The notes: generated from the letters alone by a model not told the origin. Numbered from the stretch's first letter, positions 7,408-16,103 are shown. The stretch is 20,000 nucleotides of DNA from an uncultured virus (IMG/VR IMGVR_UViG_3300025708_000562) (IMGVR_UViG_3300025708_000562), one strand, 5' to 3'. A program made the numbers and translations.

Positions 7408-9524
7408 TGTTAGGCATGATAGCCCGCAAACAACGCCCCATCGTATACGTTGAGGGTGTTCGCATGCCCGTAAGGCGTGTGACGTGTGATTTTGCCACTA
7501 ACGGCAAATCAGTCTTTCAGATAGTATTACCCCCAGATCCGCGCTGGATTAGCAAATGCATCATCAAGGCGGCTGACGGTTCTGAAAAAGACGAGGAGAC
7601 CGGATTGCCTATCAGGGCAACCTATACCCTATCTGGCATCCAGCCCAAAACGCTATTCCATGTCTTCGTTGAAGATGAAGCGCTGGGCGAAACGTCTTTT
7701 ATCGGCTCCGCAAGACTGTATTCGTATCAACTGGTCACTTCTAAAGAGGGCACTTTCCCCGTCATCGTGGCCGTAGGGTCTAATTACTTCATGCAAGAAG
7801 TCGCAACGTATATGATTGAGACATCCCGTGGCTTGTCAATGAGCAGCGAAAACTGGGGGAGCCGCAGCGGGACAAGTCAGACTAGCTCGATAGTCAGCAA
7901 GCTCAAGCAGCACGGACTAGCTCGCGGGATTAAGGAGCTTCTGCAAGACGCCGGCTTGAACTCTAATCAGGCCTGCAATCTGACATGGAAACTGCTCAAC
8001 TTAGACCACAGCATTGTCGTGCAGGACAACTCAAAGGCCATGGGGTATTTCGACGCCACTAAGCTGGGCGTATTGCTAGATAAAACCATAGGCGCATCAT
8101 CGAGTCGTCAGCCTATTGCCGCGATAGTGCTACACGTCATGAATCTCATTAGATACCTTGCCATTAACGTTCCAGCTCCGTCTTTTATCAACGCTAAGTA
8201 TGGCGGGATTGACGAGCCAGATGCGGAGTTTATCCCCACGGAAATGACCGCCCCCGAGGGGGGAGTGGGGTCGTTGTCTATTGATAACCCTGATGAGCTC
8301 ATCATGAATGACATGCTCTTCATGCCCCAAATGCCATTCGCGCCGCCACCGAGATGCAATGTGATTCTGCCCAGTCAATATGATACGCTGAGCCTCGGAG
8401 ATACTCCTACCCAACGGCCAACTCGAGGTATAGGCCGCATAGGCGGGACAGGCGCGTTAAGTGAAAACTATAACTCCAACGCCATCTATTTCCCGGAGGA
8501 TTTCCGAGAAGGGCTCAGGGCGCACGGGAAGCAGCACGCCACTCCGGAGGAGTGCTATCGCGGCATCGTAATGAGCGCATTGAGCTATAACCGGCCGGAG
8601 TACATCAAGGACATGGGCTCTGATTACGTCAAGGCCTTCAGTGCTCAGTCTTTCCTGGTTCAGGTTTACGCATCACGCTCCCTAGCCATAGGCAGTGGAG
8701 CGCATGGATGTCCGTTAAATCTTAAACCTGTCCCCGGATTTCCCGTGGCAGTACTCGCGCGCAATGGGTGTCACTATGTAGGATTCCTGGAGAGCATCCG
8801 GCATGTGCTAGATATTGACTCGGGGTGCTATACACTCTATCAGGCCATTACTAACGTCAGGCCTTATGACGAGCCCACGCCGGACTATGCTGGCGATACG
8901 TGGTTTGATGATATGTATAAGCCGGAAAATGTTGGGATATACGTTTACCCAGCCCTGCTGGGGAGATATCAAACCTCGCTAGAGTACATCAACACAGAAG
9001 AGCGGGATGACATGTCAATCCTCAAGCACCTCTACAACGACCCCGAGATGACCGAGGCTGAGGTTAAGGCGGCTAAGCAGGACAAGTATGCTATCAAGAA
9101 CGCCATCGACCTGCTGTGGGATGAGTATTCCGGATGTGAGTATCCCGAGATTTACGCCTACAACTACGGCAAGCGCATCACGCAGAGCGTTAAGCAAGTC
9201 ATGGTTGACTTCCACGGAGCGGATATGTCTAGCGACGAGTTCATCGCCTCGGGTGGTTACTCGCTAAAAACTAATAGTGTCACCCTGCGCAACATGGAAG
9301 AGCTAGGGCTAGAGGTTGGCGCTACTATTCCTAATGACGCACGCATTGCCGGGGCGTTTTGCAAAGAGCGCCAGGAATGCTACACTGAAATAGCGGCTAA
9401 CATGTACTTCGGCATTAACATTGCACGCGGGCCAACGGAGGCTTTAGACCTGCTAGTCTCCCCAGAAGACCTGGAGGTTAATCCGCTAACACGCCTCAAT
9501 CCCGATATCTTAGGTGGAGAGTGA
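7407..9524 (+). CDS. Putative baseplate hub / tail protein (T4 gp27 / P2 gpD-like)
   Basis: 705-aa ORF with a beta-rich N-terminus (IVYVEGVRMPV..FQIVLPP). The segment PVPGFPVAVL...YVGFLESIRHVLD matches the PG..V.i...G....v.H pattern of hub proteins. It lies between tube-initiator-like and wedge genes. The start may be the ATG at 7416. Confidence 0.55.
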   Translation: MLGMIARKQRPIVYVEGVRMPVRRVTCDFATNGKSVFQIVLPPDPRWISKCIIKAADGSEKDEETGLPIRATYTLSGIQPKTLFHVFVEDEALGETSFIGSARLYSYQLVTSKEGTFPVIVAVGSNYFMQEVATYMIETSRGLSMSSENWGSRSGTSQTSSIVSKLKQHGLARGIKELLQDAGLNSNQACNLTWKLLNLDHSIVVQDNSKAMGYFDATKLGVLLDKTIGASSSRQPIAAIVLHVMNLIRYLAINVPAPSFINAKYGGIDEPDAEFIPTEMTAPEGGVGSLSIDNPDELIMNDMLFMPQMPFAPPPRCNVILPSQYDTLSLGDTPTQRPTRGIGRIGGTGALSENYNSNAIYFPEDFREGLRAHGKQHATPEECYRGIVMSALSYNRPEYIKDMGSDYVKAFSAQSFLVQVYASRSLAIGSGAHGCPLNLKPVPGFPVAVLARNGCHYVGFLESIRHVLDIDSGCYTLYQAITNVRPYDEPTPDYAGDTWFDDMYKPENVGIYVYPALLGRYQTSLEYINTEERDDMSILKHLYNDPEMTEAEVKAAKQDKYAIKNAIDLLWDEYSGCEYPEIYAYNYGKRITQSVKQVMVDFHGADMSSDEFIASGGYSLKTNSVTLRNMEELGLEVGATIPNDARIAGAFCKERQECYTEIAANMYFGINIARGPTEALDLLVSPEDLEVNPLTRLNPDILGGE

Positions 9525-9525
9525 C

Positions 9526-10485
9526 ATGGATAAGAAGAGTTTCGTCGATGCTTTAGTCAAGCGCGGATTCCGCGGTCGGCGCGGAGTTATCTCAGGAGAA
9601 ATAGTCCGGCCCATTGCTGAAGCGCTTTACGATAGGTTGACCAAAACGGCGGCAGACTATGACGATGACGACTTGCTAGACGAGCCCGACGAGCCCGTTC
9701 CCGGCCTAGACATGCCTGAGCTTAATATGGACCTAGACGACGACTTAATGCCGGATATGCCCATCGAAGAGCCCGCCGGAGCGCCGGCGAGCCTGCACGA
9801 GCGTCAGCTTGAGCTATGGCGTCAATGGCAGAAGACGGGCAATGACCAATACGTGGAAGACCTGCTCGACTCCCTGACTCCACTCTTCAAGCACGTATTG
9901 AATAAATATACACAATACCCCATCCCGTACAATATACTGATGCATAAAAGCATGATGCTGGCGCGGGATGCTCTGGGTAAGTATGACCCGACTAAGTCCA
10001 AGCTGAGCACGTATGTGATGAATCAAATCCGGCCGCTGGACAGGTTCGTCAAGCAGTATCAAAACGTCTCCTATGTCCCCGAGTTTCTCTCTAAGGAGTT
10101 CGGGCGCTATGAGGCGGCACAGCAAGCTTTGGCCGACAATCTCGGGCGTACGCCAAATGATGCCGAAATGGCCGAGTATATGAAAATGCCGCTTAATCAT
10201 ATCCAGCGTATCCGGGCGGCTAAGACGCAATCCATGCTAGCTTCTAGCAATGTCTCCGAACACGAAGAGCAGTTTATAGATAACGCGCGCTCTAAGCTAG
10301 ACGACAGGGCCATCTATCTGCGCTCTCAGCTAGAGGGCAAGGAGCGGCAGGCTTTCGATAAGCTATTCTCGCATCGCGGCGGACACCTTCTCGCCGAAGA
10401 CCTGGCTAAAGACCTAGGCGTTACCGCCGCTGATATTTACGCATGGCGGCGCAGGTGGACTAGAGCTCTGTCCGGAGTACAGTAA
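9526..10485 (+). CDS. Phage-encoded sigma70-family RNA polymerase sigma factor with acidic N-terminal extension
   Basis: Region 2-like EDLL..ALGKYDPTKSKLSTYV, region 3-like LGRTPNDAEMAEYMKM and region 4-like LEGKERQ..EDLAKDLGVT. Start is ATG 9526 (GGAG RBS) or GTG 9514. Confidence 0.8.
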   Translation: MDKKSFVDALVKRGFRGRRGVISGEIVRPIAEALYDRLTKTAADYDDDDLLDEPDEPVPGLDMPELNMDLDDDLMPDMPIEEPAGAPASLHERQLELWRQWQKTGNDQYVEDLLDSLTPLFKHVLNKYTQYPIPYNILMHKSMMLARDALGKYDPTKSKLSTYVMNQIRPLDRFVKQYQNVSYVPEFLSKEFGRYEAAQQALADNLGRTPNDAEMAEYMKMPLNHIQRIRAAKTQSMLASSNVSEHEEQFIDNARSKLDDRAIYLRSQLEGKERQAFDKLFSHRGGHLLAEDLAKDLGVTAADIYAWRRRWTRALSGVQ

Positions 10486-12320
10486 TGCCAATAGGAATCC
10501 AGTGCGACTCTGGCGTGCCCGCTAAGTATCTCGGGAGAGCAACACTCGAGTCGTTCAATCAAGTTGCAGGCGATATCTGCTTCTACAGCTGTTTTTTTAC
10601 TAGCCTGCTAGATGCTAGCATCCTGCGCCATGACGGGCTTAGGGCTAATCTACAAAGCGCCGGGCGGTCTTTCCTCGCGCTAGCGCGATACGTCCTCGAG
10701 CAAGGCGTTGACATGTCAGAAGCCGGCGGGAGCATCTTCCGTGCGATAGTTGACGGCCTGACTAGCCTGCTCGAGGGCGGCTATCAGGATGTAAAAGGCG
10801 CGCTAGGTGGGCACGGGGACTTTGCATCCACGCTTTGGGTTTTCATCAAGGCAGAGATATCACGCTATTTCCAGCCACTGCTACTCGCCGCGATACAGAA
10901 CATGGTCAACAACCTAAAAGACGAGCTCAATAACAGAGCCCTGCTCCTGCAACAGATAGAGCTTAAGCTATCCGAGCTGCAAGCACACATCGACGCCCTA
11001 GCGCAGTACGATTGGTGGAAGAAATTCTGCGAGAATGTCATAGCCGCTTCAAGGGCCGTGCGTGATGCAGACCGCGAAGTCCAGAATGCCAGGATAGACG
11101 CCAATGCCGGCTCATGGGATGCTCAACGCCTAGGGCGTGCTGAAAACAAAATGCTGCTCGCCTGGAGATTGCTATCAAGCGATGACGTATTCAACGAATT
11201 CATGACCGAGATAGGCGATCAGCTCAAGGGCATAACCGGCCAGGCGCCTAATCGCCCCTTCGAGTGGTCATTCCGGCGACAGATTGGCGAGCCCTTCATG
11301 GAGGACTTGCATGCCGTGGCGGATCTTCTCGGCGAGCTAAAAGAAGATTACAACTGCCTATTCCGCATTTCCGGCCGCATTCAAGGATGGCAAACGTTTA
11401 TCATCCTGGGCGCTGAAACGCTCAACCGTATGCGCACCTCGTCCGCCAGCACGCCACTCCTGGGGCTGGGTGGCGATTTCGCGGTGAGCGATACCGTGCT
11501 CGAACACGTGCACGACTCGCTCTTCACCATATTTGGCCAGATGAAAGACGTAGTTGAAAACGAGCGCCGCGCGGTTGCGCCTATGTATAACATGCAGTGG
11601 CGCAATGATCTGAGGACCAACGTCCTGATGCTGGCCGGCCTAGGGGCGCTGCCTGACCCATTTGGGATTAACGTTGTATCCGGGACCATGCAGGGCTCGG
11701 ATGAGTTGAACTATATAGTATACCCCCATCAGCCCAACGATCGCGTTAGATCACTCAGCGAGTATGACTTCACAATAACCCGCCTGGGGATTATGCTGGA
11801 GACGTTTATCATGACCGTGGGGCATCTTGAAGAGCTGCTATCAGCCCACGCATCATGGAATCGTCGGTTTCAAGATCTGCGTAATATGATACGCAACGTT
11901 AAGCGCAGCGACAGGCGCTGCATCAAGCTGCTTGACGGGTTCCACGACTATGAGGATCCGCAGTACTATTACATCAAAGACCTGCTCACCAATGCCGGAT
12001 GGATGGGCGCGGTGAGGTATTTAGAGACTGGTCAACTAGAAGGGCTGCTGCACCTTTCCGTTACAGAGCTAGGCCTGACTAGCCTCGCCGTGGAGTGTAT
12101 AAGTAATTCCGTGGCGCGTATGCTGGATGACTCTTCTATCGCTTTACGAGTTAATGCTATACTAGGAGAAGTAGAGGCTGAGGATGTGGTGGCCAATCGC
12201 ACGGCTATTAGCCTGCCGGCATTTCAGTTTAAAGCCTTCATGGCCATCACTAATCGCATCAGCGAAGTCGAGGCTAGAATAGCAGAGATCACCGAACTGC
12301 AAGGCGTGGTGTGCGGATGA
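10485..12320 (+). CDS. 611-aa alpha-helical / coiled-coil hypothetical protein, probably virion-associated
   Basis: Long ORF coupled at both ends (TAATG and ATGA overlaps). Heptad-like segments such as NLKDELNNRALLLQQIELKLSELQAHIDAL. No family recognised. Confidence 0.75.
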   Translation: MPIGIQCDSGVPAKYLGRATLESFNQVAGDICFYSCFFTSLLDASILRHDGLRANLQSAGRSFLALARYVLEQGVDMSEAGGSIFRAIVDGLTSLLEGGYQDVKGALGGHGDFASTLWVFIKAEISRYFQPLLLAAIQNMVNNLKDELNNRALLLQQIELKLSELQAHIDALAQYDWWKKFCENVIAASRAVRDADREVQNARIDANAGSWDAQRLGRAENKMLLAWRLLSSDDVFNEFMTEIGDQLKGITGQAPNRPFEWSFRRQIGEPFMEDLHAVADLLGELKEDYNCLFRISGRIQGWQTFIILGAETLNRMRTSSASTPLLGLGGDFAVSDTVLEHVHDSLFTIFGQMKDVVENERRAVAPMYNMQWRNDLRTNVLMLAGLGALPDPFGINVVSGTMQGSDELNYIVYPHQPNDRVRSLSEYDFTITRLGIMLETFIMTVGHLEELLSAHASWNRRFQDLRNMIRNVKRSDRRCIKLLDGFHDYEDPQYYYIKDLLTNAGWMGAVRYLETGQLEGLLHLSVTELGLTSLAVECISNSVARMLDDSSIALRVNAILGEVEAEDVVANRTAISLPAFQFKAFMAITNRISEVEARIAEITELQGVVCG

Positions 12321-12787
12321 AAGACATATCAGTTCTAAAATACCATGAAGCCGACGATGACACGATAGCCAAGCTGGGGACTAAGGCCTATCGTTGCGAG
12401 ATAGCCTTCGGCGATGAGTTATGTTACGGCCCGAGGGGTTACGCCTTGCTGGTGCAGATCGTATTCGTCGAGTTGATGAAGACTAAAGGGCGTGACGTGA
12501 TCAACGATGACGGGGGAGGATTGCTGCAACTACTAGGCATGTCTCCGCTTGATACGGGAGAAGGCTCGCCCAACGTATACGTCGACCGTGCCGTCAAGGC
12601 TGTTGAGCAGCAAATCATAGCACGCCAACTCGGCAAGGGCTATCCAAAGGACGAGTTGCTGCAATCACTCACGCTTCATGACAGTATCTATTTCGACAGT
12701 AAAACCGGGCAATGGATTATCCCGGTAATTATAAAATCTGTCGCCGGCGAGGCCAGCTTGTGGCAAATGCCCATTGGAGGATCATGA
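12317..12787 (+). CDS. Baseplate wedge subunit, T4 gp25 / P2 gpW-like
   Basis: G..LLVQ....LMKTKG.D.....GGGL..LLG pattern, about 156 aa, immediately upstream of a baseplate-J-like gene. ATGA overlap gives the start at 12317. Confidence 0.65.
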   Translation: MKDISVLKYHEADDDTIAKLGTKAYRCEIAFGDELCYGPRGYALLVQIVFVELMKTKGRDVINDDGGGLLQLLGMSPLDTGEGSPNVYVDRAVKAVEQQIIARQLGKGYPKDELLQSLTLHDSIYFDSKTGQWIIPVIIKSVAGEASLWQMPIGGS

Positions 12788-13911
12788 AATACGATGCAAT
12801 CCTAAATTACGCCACGCGATATGCACAGGAGTATTTCCCTAATGTTGCATTCCGCGAGGGCACTGGCGCGTATGATTTGCTCATCAAGGCGTTCTGTATC
12901 CTGGCGTATGACTTATTCAGCAAACTATCGCGGCATCTAGGCAATTACGCCGTGTCCAATTGGGTTGATCTGCCTGACAGCCTGGTAGACGCCTATGCTA
13001 GTATTTGGCTGCTATCACGCTCTCCGGGAGGGATCGCTACCGGCCGGGTGCGCATCTACTTCAGCGAGCCCACGGCGGTGTCCATCCCGGTCGGCTTTAG
13101 AGTTCTATCCAATAATGGCTTGAGATTCGTCGCCGATAACGAGTACTCCTTCAGCGAAAACCGCATGCGCAGTCAGCGCGAGGGCAGCCGCTATTACTGT
13201 GACATCACCGTTGTGGCTGAAGCTTCTGGTGAAGAGTACAATGTCGGCGTGGGGGCTATTACTGATATCGAGAGCGCATTCTACGCGCCATGGACTAGCA
13301 TCACTAATCAACACGCCTTTACTCAGGGGGTTAAAAGAGAAGACAACGCCGCATTCGGCAGACGCATTACCGAGTCGGTCAATACCCGCCAGCTTATCAT
13401 CACCGCTGCTAGCGCAGAGACCACGCTGAGAGACGCGCTGCCCACGATTCTCGAGATAGACGTCGTCGGTTTTGGCGATCCAGCAATGCAGCGTGACCTT
13501 ATGCATGAAGTCATGCCAGGCTCGGGACTGCCATATGTCAGGGTTGACTTCGCACGCAAGACACGCGGCAACAGTCTATACAACCCTAGCGAGGCTTACT
13601 TCGGATCGCTGCTAGCATCATCCGATGGCCTGCCAAATCCGAAAGACCTAGTCGAAGGGTTGGAGGAGGCGGATCAAGAAAACTACTCAGCGCTAGGCGT
13701 GGAGGATCTAGTCCTTGCCACTGCACATGGCGGGGAGATCATCTTCGATGGATTTGACTCCAACAAGGCTAGCTTCGACCCCGGCAAATGGATATGGACT
13801 GATAGCGGCCAGCCCTATGGGCAGAAGATATACGGCAACAGCATTTACATCACACGCGAGGGCAAGCTCCGCCTAGGAGCTGAAGACTGGAAGAGGGCGA
13901 CGATATCATGA
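12784..13911 (+). CDS. Baseplate J / gp47-like wedge protein
   Basis: Classic motifs R.PG..ATGRVRIYF...VSIPVG and VVAEASGEEYNV..GAIT...ITN..AFTQG..REDN..F..RI. Start at ATG 12784 (GGAGG RBS, ATGA overlap). Confidence 0.85.
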   Translation: MKYDAILNYATRYAQEYFPNVAFREGTGAYDLLIKAFCILAYDLFSKLSRHLGNYAVSNWVDLPDSLVDAYASIWLLSRSPGGIATGRVRIYFSEPTAVSIPVGFRVLSNNGLRFVADNEYSFSENRMRSQREGSRYYCDITVVAEASGEEYNVGVGAITDIESAFYAPWTSITNQHAFTQGVKREDNAAFGRRITESVNTRQLIITAASAETTLRDALPTILEIDVVGFGDPAMQRDLMHEVMPGSGLPYVRVDFARKTRGNSLYNPSEAYFGSLLASSDGLPNPKDLVEGLEEADQENYSALGVEDLVLATAHGGEIIFDGFDSNKASFDPGKWIWTDSGQPYGQKIYGNSIYITREGKLRLGAEDWKRATIS

Positions 13912-14099
13912 GCGATAAGCTAGCGATCGAGGTTGAAGATACCGACACCACTATCAGAGTGTCCGCAGATGGCAATGTTGTGGTATGGCGTGGCAATCAG
14001 CCATCCGAGCTGCTAAGTCGACTGGTGCTGGTGGCCGACGAGAATTGTCCCACGCTATTGCAGGTAATACCTAGCGCGCGTTTGGGAGGAGTAAAATAA
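13908..14099 (+). CDS. 63-aa hypothetical protein
   Basis: ATGA overlap with the baseplate J gene; ends right at a terminator hairpin. Confidence 0.6.
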   Translation: MSDKLAIEVEDTDTTIRVSADGNVVVWRGNQPSELLSRLVLVADENCPTLLQVIPSARLGGVK

Positions 14100-14129
14100 A
14101 AAGAGGGGCCGGTTATTAGCCGGCCCCCC
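14093..14129 (-). terminator. Intrinsic terminator (- strand)
   Basis: Stem GGGGCCGG (14105-14112) / CCGGCCCC (14120-14127). On the - strand it is followed by UCUUUUUAUUUU. Confidence 0.8.
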
Positions 14130-14630
14130 AAGAGGTGGTTAGCCCCACCACGGGTAGGGGCTAACCTGGATGTCGAGAGAGCGGGAGCTCCCGTGGCCCC
14201 TCCGCCTCTCGCCGTTAAGTTTTTCGCAGCGCCTTAACGGACGCGCCGTCTGCGGGTTAAGGTCTCGCCGCAGCTCAAAGCCGGTTGCCCGCCCAGACGG
14301 GTCCGGCGTAATACCGATGGGCCGATGGGGCTTGAGCACAGGGATGGGGCCCCGTGCTCCTCCACAAACCACGCGGCTTGGCCCCGCCGCCTTCTCCAGA
14401 TGATCCATGCAGTTTGTGGTGCCACATGGACCTCGGGCTTGAGCACTTTAGCCCCCGAGGCAGCTGGCGGGCTGGCGTATGCCAGCCCGCCCACCAACCT
14501 TAAAACCGGCCCATACCCGCTTTCAGTGTGGCTGGAGCACCTCACACATACTCGCGGGTTGCCGAGACGGGCCTTTCACCCGGTCGGGAGTCCCTATCCC
14601 TGACACCATGTCAGGCCGGCTCCTGTCTCC
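14130..14630 (-). ncRNA. Candidate large, highly structured non-coding RNA (~500 nt) of unrecognised class
   Basis: No credible ORF. At least 10 stems and several loop-loop complementarities. G-U pairs form only on the - strand. Flanked by TATAAATATAAT upstream and a terminator downstream. Confidence 0.7.
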
Positions 14631-14675
14631 ATTATATTTATAACACAAGCACGGTATGGTTTAGTAAAAAATACA
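14631..14675 (-). promoter_or_regulatory. AT-rich promoter for the candidate ncRNA
   Basis: The - strand reads TGTTATAAATATAAT, containing TATAAT (14631-14636), the T4-late-type TATAAATA (14635-14642) and GTTATAAA, in an otherwise GC-rich region. Confidence 0.6.
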
Positions 14676-14684
14676 CCAGAGGTT

Positions 14685-14797
14685 GGGGCCGGCCGACACC
14701 TTGTCAGCCAGCCCCGAGATTAGCCCGCGTGGCAGCGCGGGCCATGGAGAGTGCAAGGGCTTGCAAAGAACCAGAGCCCCCACGGGTTGGTTCTTTT
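14685..14797 (-). other. Cluster of four hairpins 3' of the 14807-15325 gene (terminator, processing element or ncRNA extension)
   Basis: - strand GGGGCUGGCUGACA-AGG-UGUCGGCCGGCCCC (14 bp with two U-G pairs), plus GCCCGCG/CGCGGGC, UGCAA/UUGCA and AAAGAACCA/UGGUUCUUU stems. Confidence 0.55.
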
Positions 14798-14806
14798 AAA
14801 AGCCAC

Positions 14807-15325
14807 TCAGTCCGATATCTCTTCATCGTCTAGCTCGCCCAGGTGGCGCGCTATTTCCCACGATAGCATCCGCATCTCATGGCTGCCGTAACGCTCAAGC
14901 TCGCGGTAGCGTTCCCCGCAAGTTGGGATCAGCTCGTGCGTCCTAGGCTCGTAGTAGTACTTCCGAAACCAACCACGCGACATGCGGTCCTGCTCACGCG
15001 ACACGCTTAAGCCGTAGAATGGGAACCACGTTCCCGGCATGCCGCTGTTGTACCCTGACGACTTGTAGAACGGCTGGCGCCAATGCTCATCGCTGCTAAC
15101 ACTAGTCAACAGCAATACGCGCATGGGGCGCTCAGCTACCGTTATGGTGTCACGAGAGATATCCACGCGGACAACATAGCGCTGCTCGCGGTCGTTGTGC
15201 TCTGGAAATACCAGCAGCTTATCATGTACAAGCGGCTCCCAATCATGCGGCTCACCGAATAGCCATGAGTTAATAGCCTCGGTGTGCGTATCCCAGGAGC
15301 CATCTGCTTCAAGAGGGTTGGACAT
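14807..15325 (-). CDS. Hypothetical protein with PFYKSSGYNSGMPGTWFPFYG motif
   Basis: ATG 15325 after GGAGGGAG; 172 aa; conserved-looking aromatic/Gly motif. Confidence 0.75.
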   Translation of the reverse strand: MSNPLEADGSWDTHTEAINSWLFGEPHDWEPLVHDKLLVFPEHNDREQRYVVRVDISRDTITVAERPMRVLLLTSVSSDEHWRQPFYKSSGYNSGMPGTWFPFYGLSVSREQDRMSRGWFRKYYYEPRTHELIPTCGERYRELERYGSHEMRMLSWEIARHLGELDDEEISD

Positions 15326-15330
15326 GTTCT

Positions 15331-15501
15331 TCACTCCCTCCGGCACGAGAAGTCGTCTCCCGCCCCATCGCCCAATCTCCAGTCAGGCTTGATAGGCACA
15401 ATCTGTATTGGGTTCTGCAGGGGGAATGCTTCAGCACGCTTGATGCGATCCGTCACGCGAGCGTGAGTATCCCGTGCTATGCCTTCATTGCGGTCTGTCA
15501 T
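15331..15501 (-). CDS. 56-aa hypothetical protein (MTDRNEGIARD...FSCRRE), not in the ORF track
   Basis: GGAGGTG RBS, ATG 15501 and TGA at 15331-15333. Fills the gap between its neighbours. Confidence 0.65.
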   Translation of the reverse strand: MTDRNEGIARDTHARVTDRIKRAEAFPLQNPIQIVPIKPDWRLGDGAGDDFSCRRE

Positions 15502-15524
15502 GGTTCTTTCTCACCTCCGTTGAC

Positions 15525-16067
15525 TCACTGATCCCATCCCTCTGGCAGGTAGTACCTACCATCCGTGGCTTCGACCTTGTTCAGGATGTCGGAGAGGTCT
15601 GTGAAAGTCGACAGGTCGAGCAGAGCGTTGTGGGCGTGTTGTGAAATGCCGTGATCGTCATCGAGGATGGCGATGGCCAGCTTACGTAGGTCGTATTCGG
15701 AGGGGTACATCACGCGAGGATATTCTATGCTGCCGTCCGCGTAGATCCTGAACGACCCGCCGCCGGATTCTCCGACGATGGGTCGGGACGCGCAGTTGGA
15801 GTACGAGAACTCCCAATACCGCCTGCCGGCCTTGGCGATCACCGCTCCCAGCTTGCTCAGGAAATCCTGGCCCAAGTCGTCGGGCGAGCCCATGCGTTCG
15901 GCCAGCATCCAGATCTCATTTATGCCTTCAATGTGATTGCCCCCTATCTCGAAGCCATGGCCGGATAATTCCGCACTAGCTTCGAGCTTCCGCTCGAGCT
16001 GCTTGTAGTCTTCGAGACTGCATCTGAGCGTGTCGTCACAGGTACACTCCTGCCATAGATCAGGCAT
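15525..16067 (-). CDS. 180-aa acidic hypothetical protein
   Basis: Start reassigned to ATG 16067 after AGGAGGAG (MPDLWQEC...). Confidence 0.75.
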   Translation of the reverse strand: MPDLWQECTCDDTLRCSLEDYKQLERKLEASAELSGHGFEIGGNHIEGINEIWMLAERMGSPDDLGQDFLSKLGAVIAKAGRRYWEFSYSNCASRPIVGESGGGSFRIYADGSIEYPRVMYPSEYDLRKLAIAILDDDHGISQHAHNALLDLSTFTDLSDILNKVEATDGRYYLPEGWDQ

Positions 16068-16103
16068 CTCTCCTCCTGTCACATCCGAGTTTTCGTTTAG
16101 AAA

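Noticed and set aside
14130..14800. tmRNA, RNase P RNA, SRP RNA, tRNA, self-splicing intron or CRISPR array
   Set aside because: I found no tRNA-like ends, no GAGGAAAGUCC, no SRP-like GGAA/AGCAG domain and no interrupted gene. The repeats are only 11-13 nt with ~100-nt spacing, unlike CRISPR.
14139..14833. Five short overlapping ORFs in the track (77-103 aa, both strands)
   Set aside because: They lack RBSs, have Pro/Arg/Gly-rich shadow composition, overlap each other and are better explained by GC-rich RNA structure.
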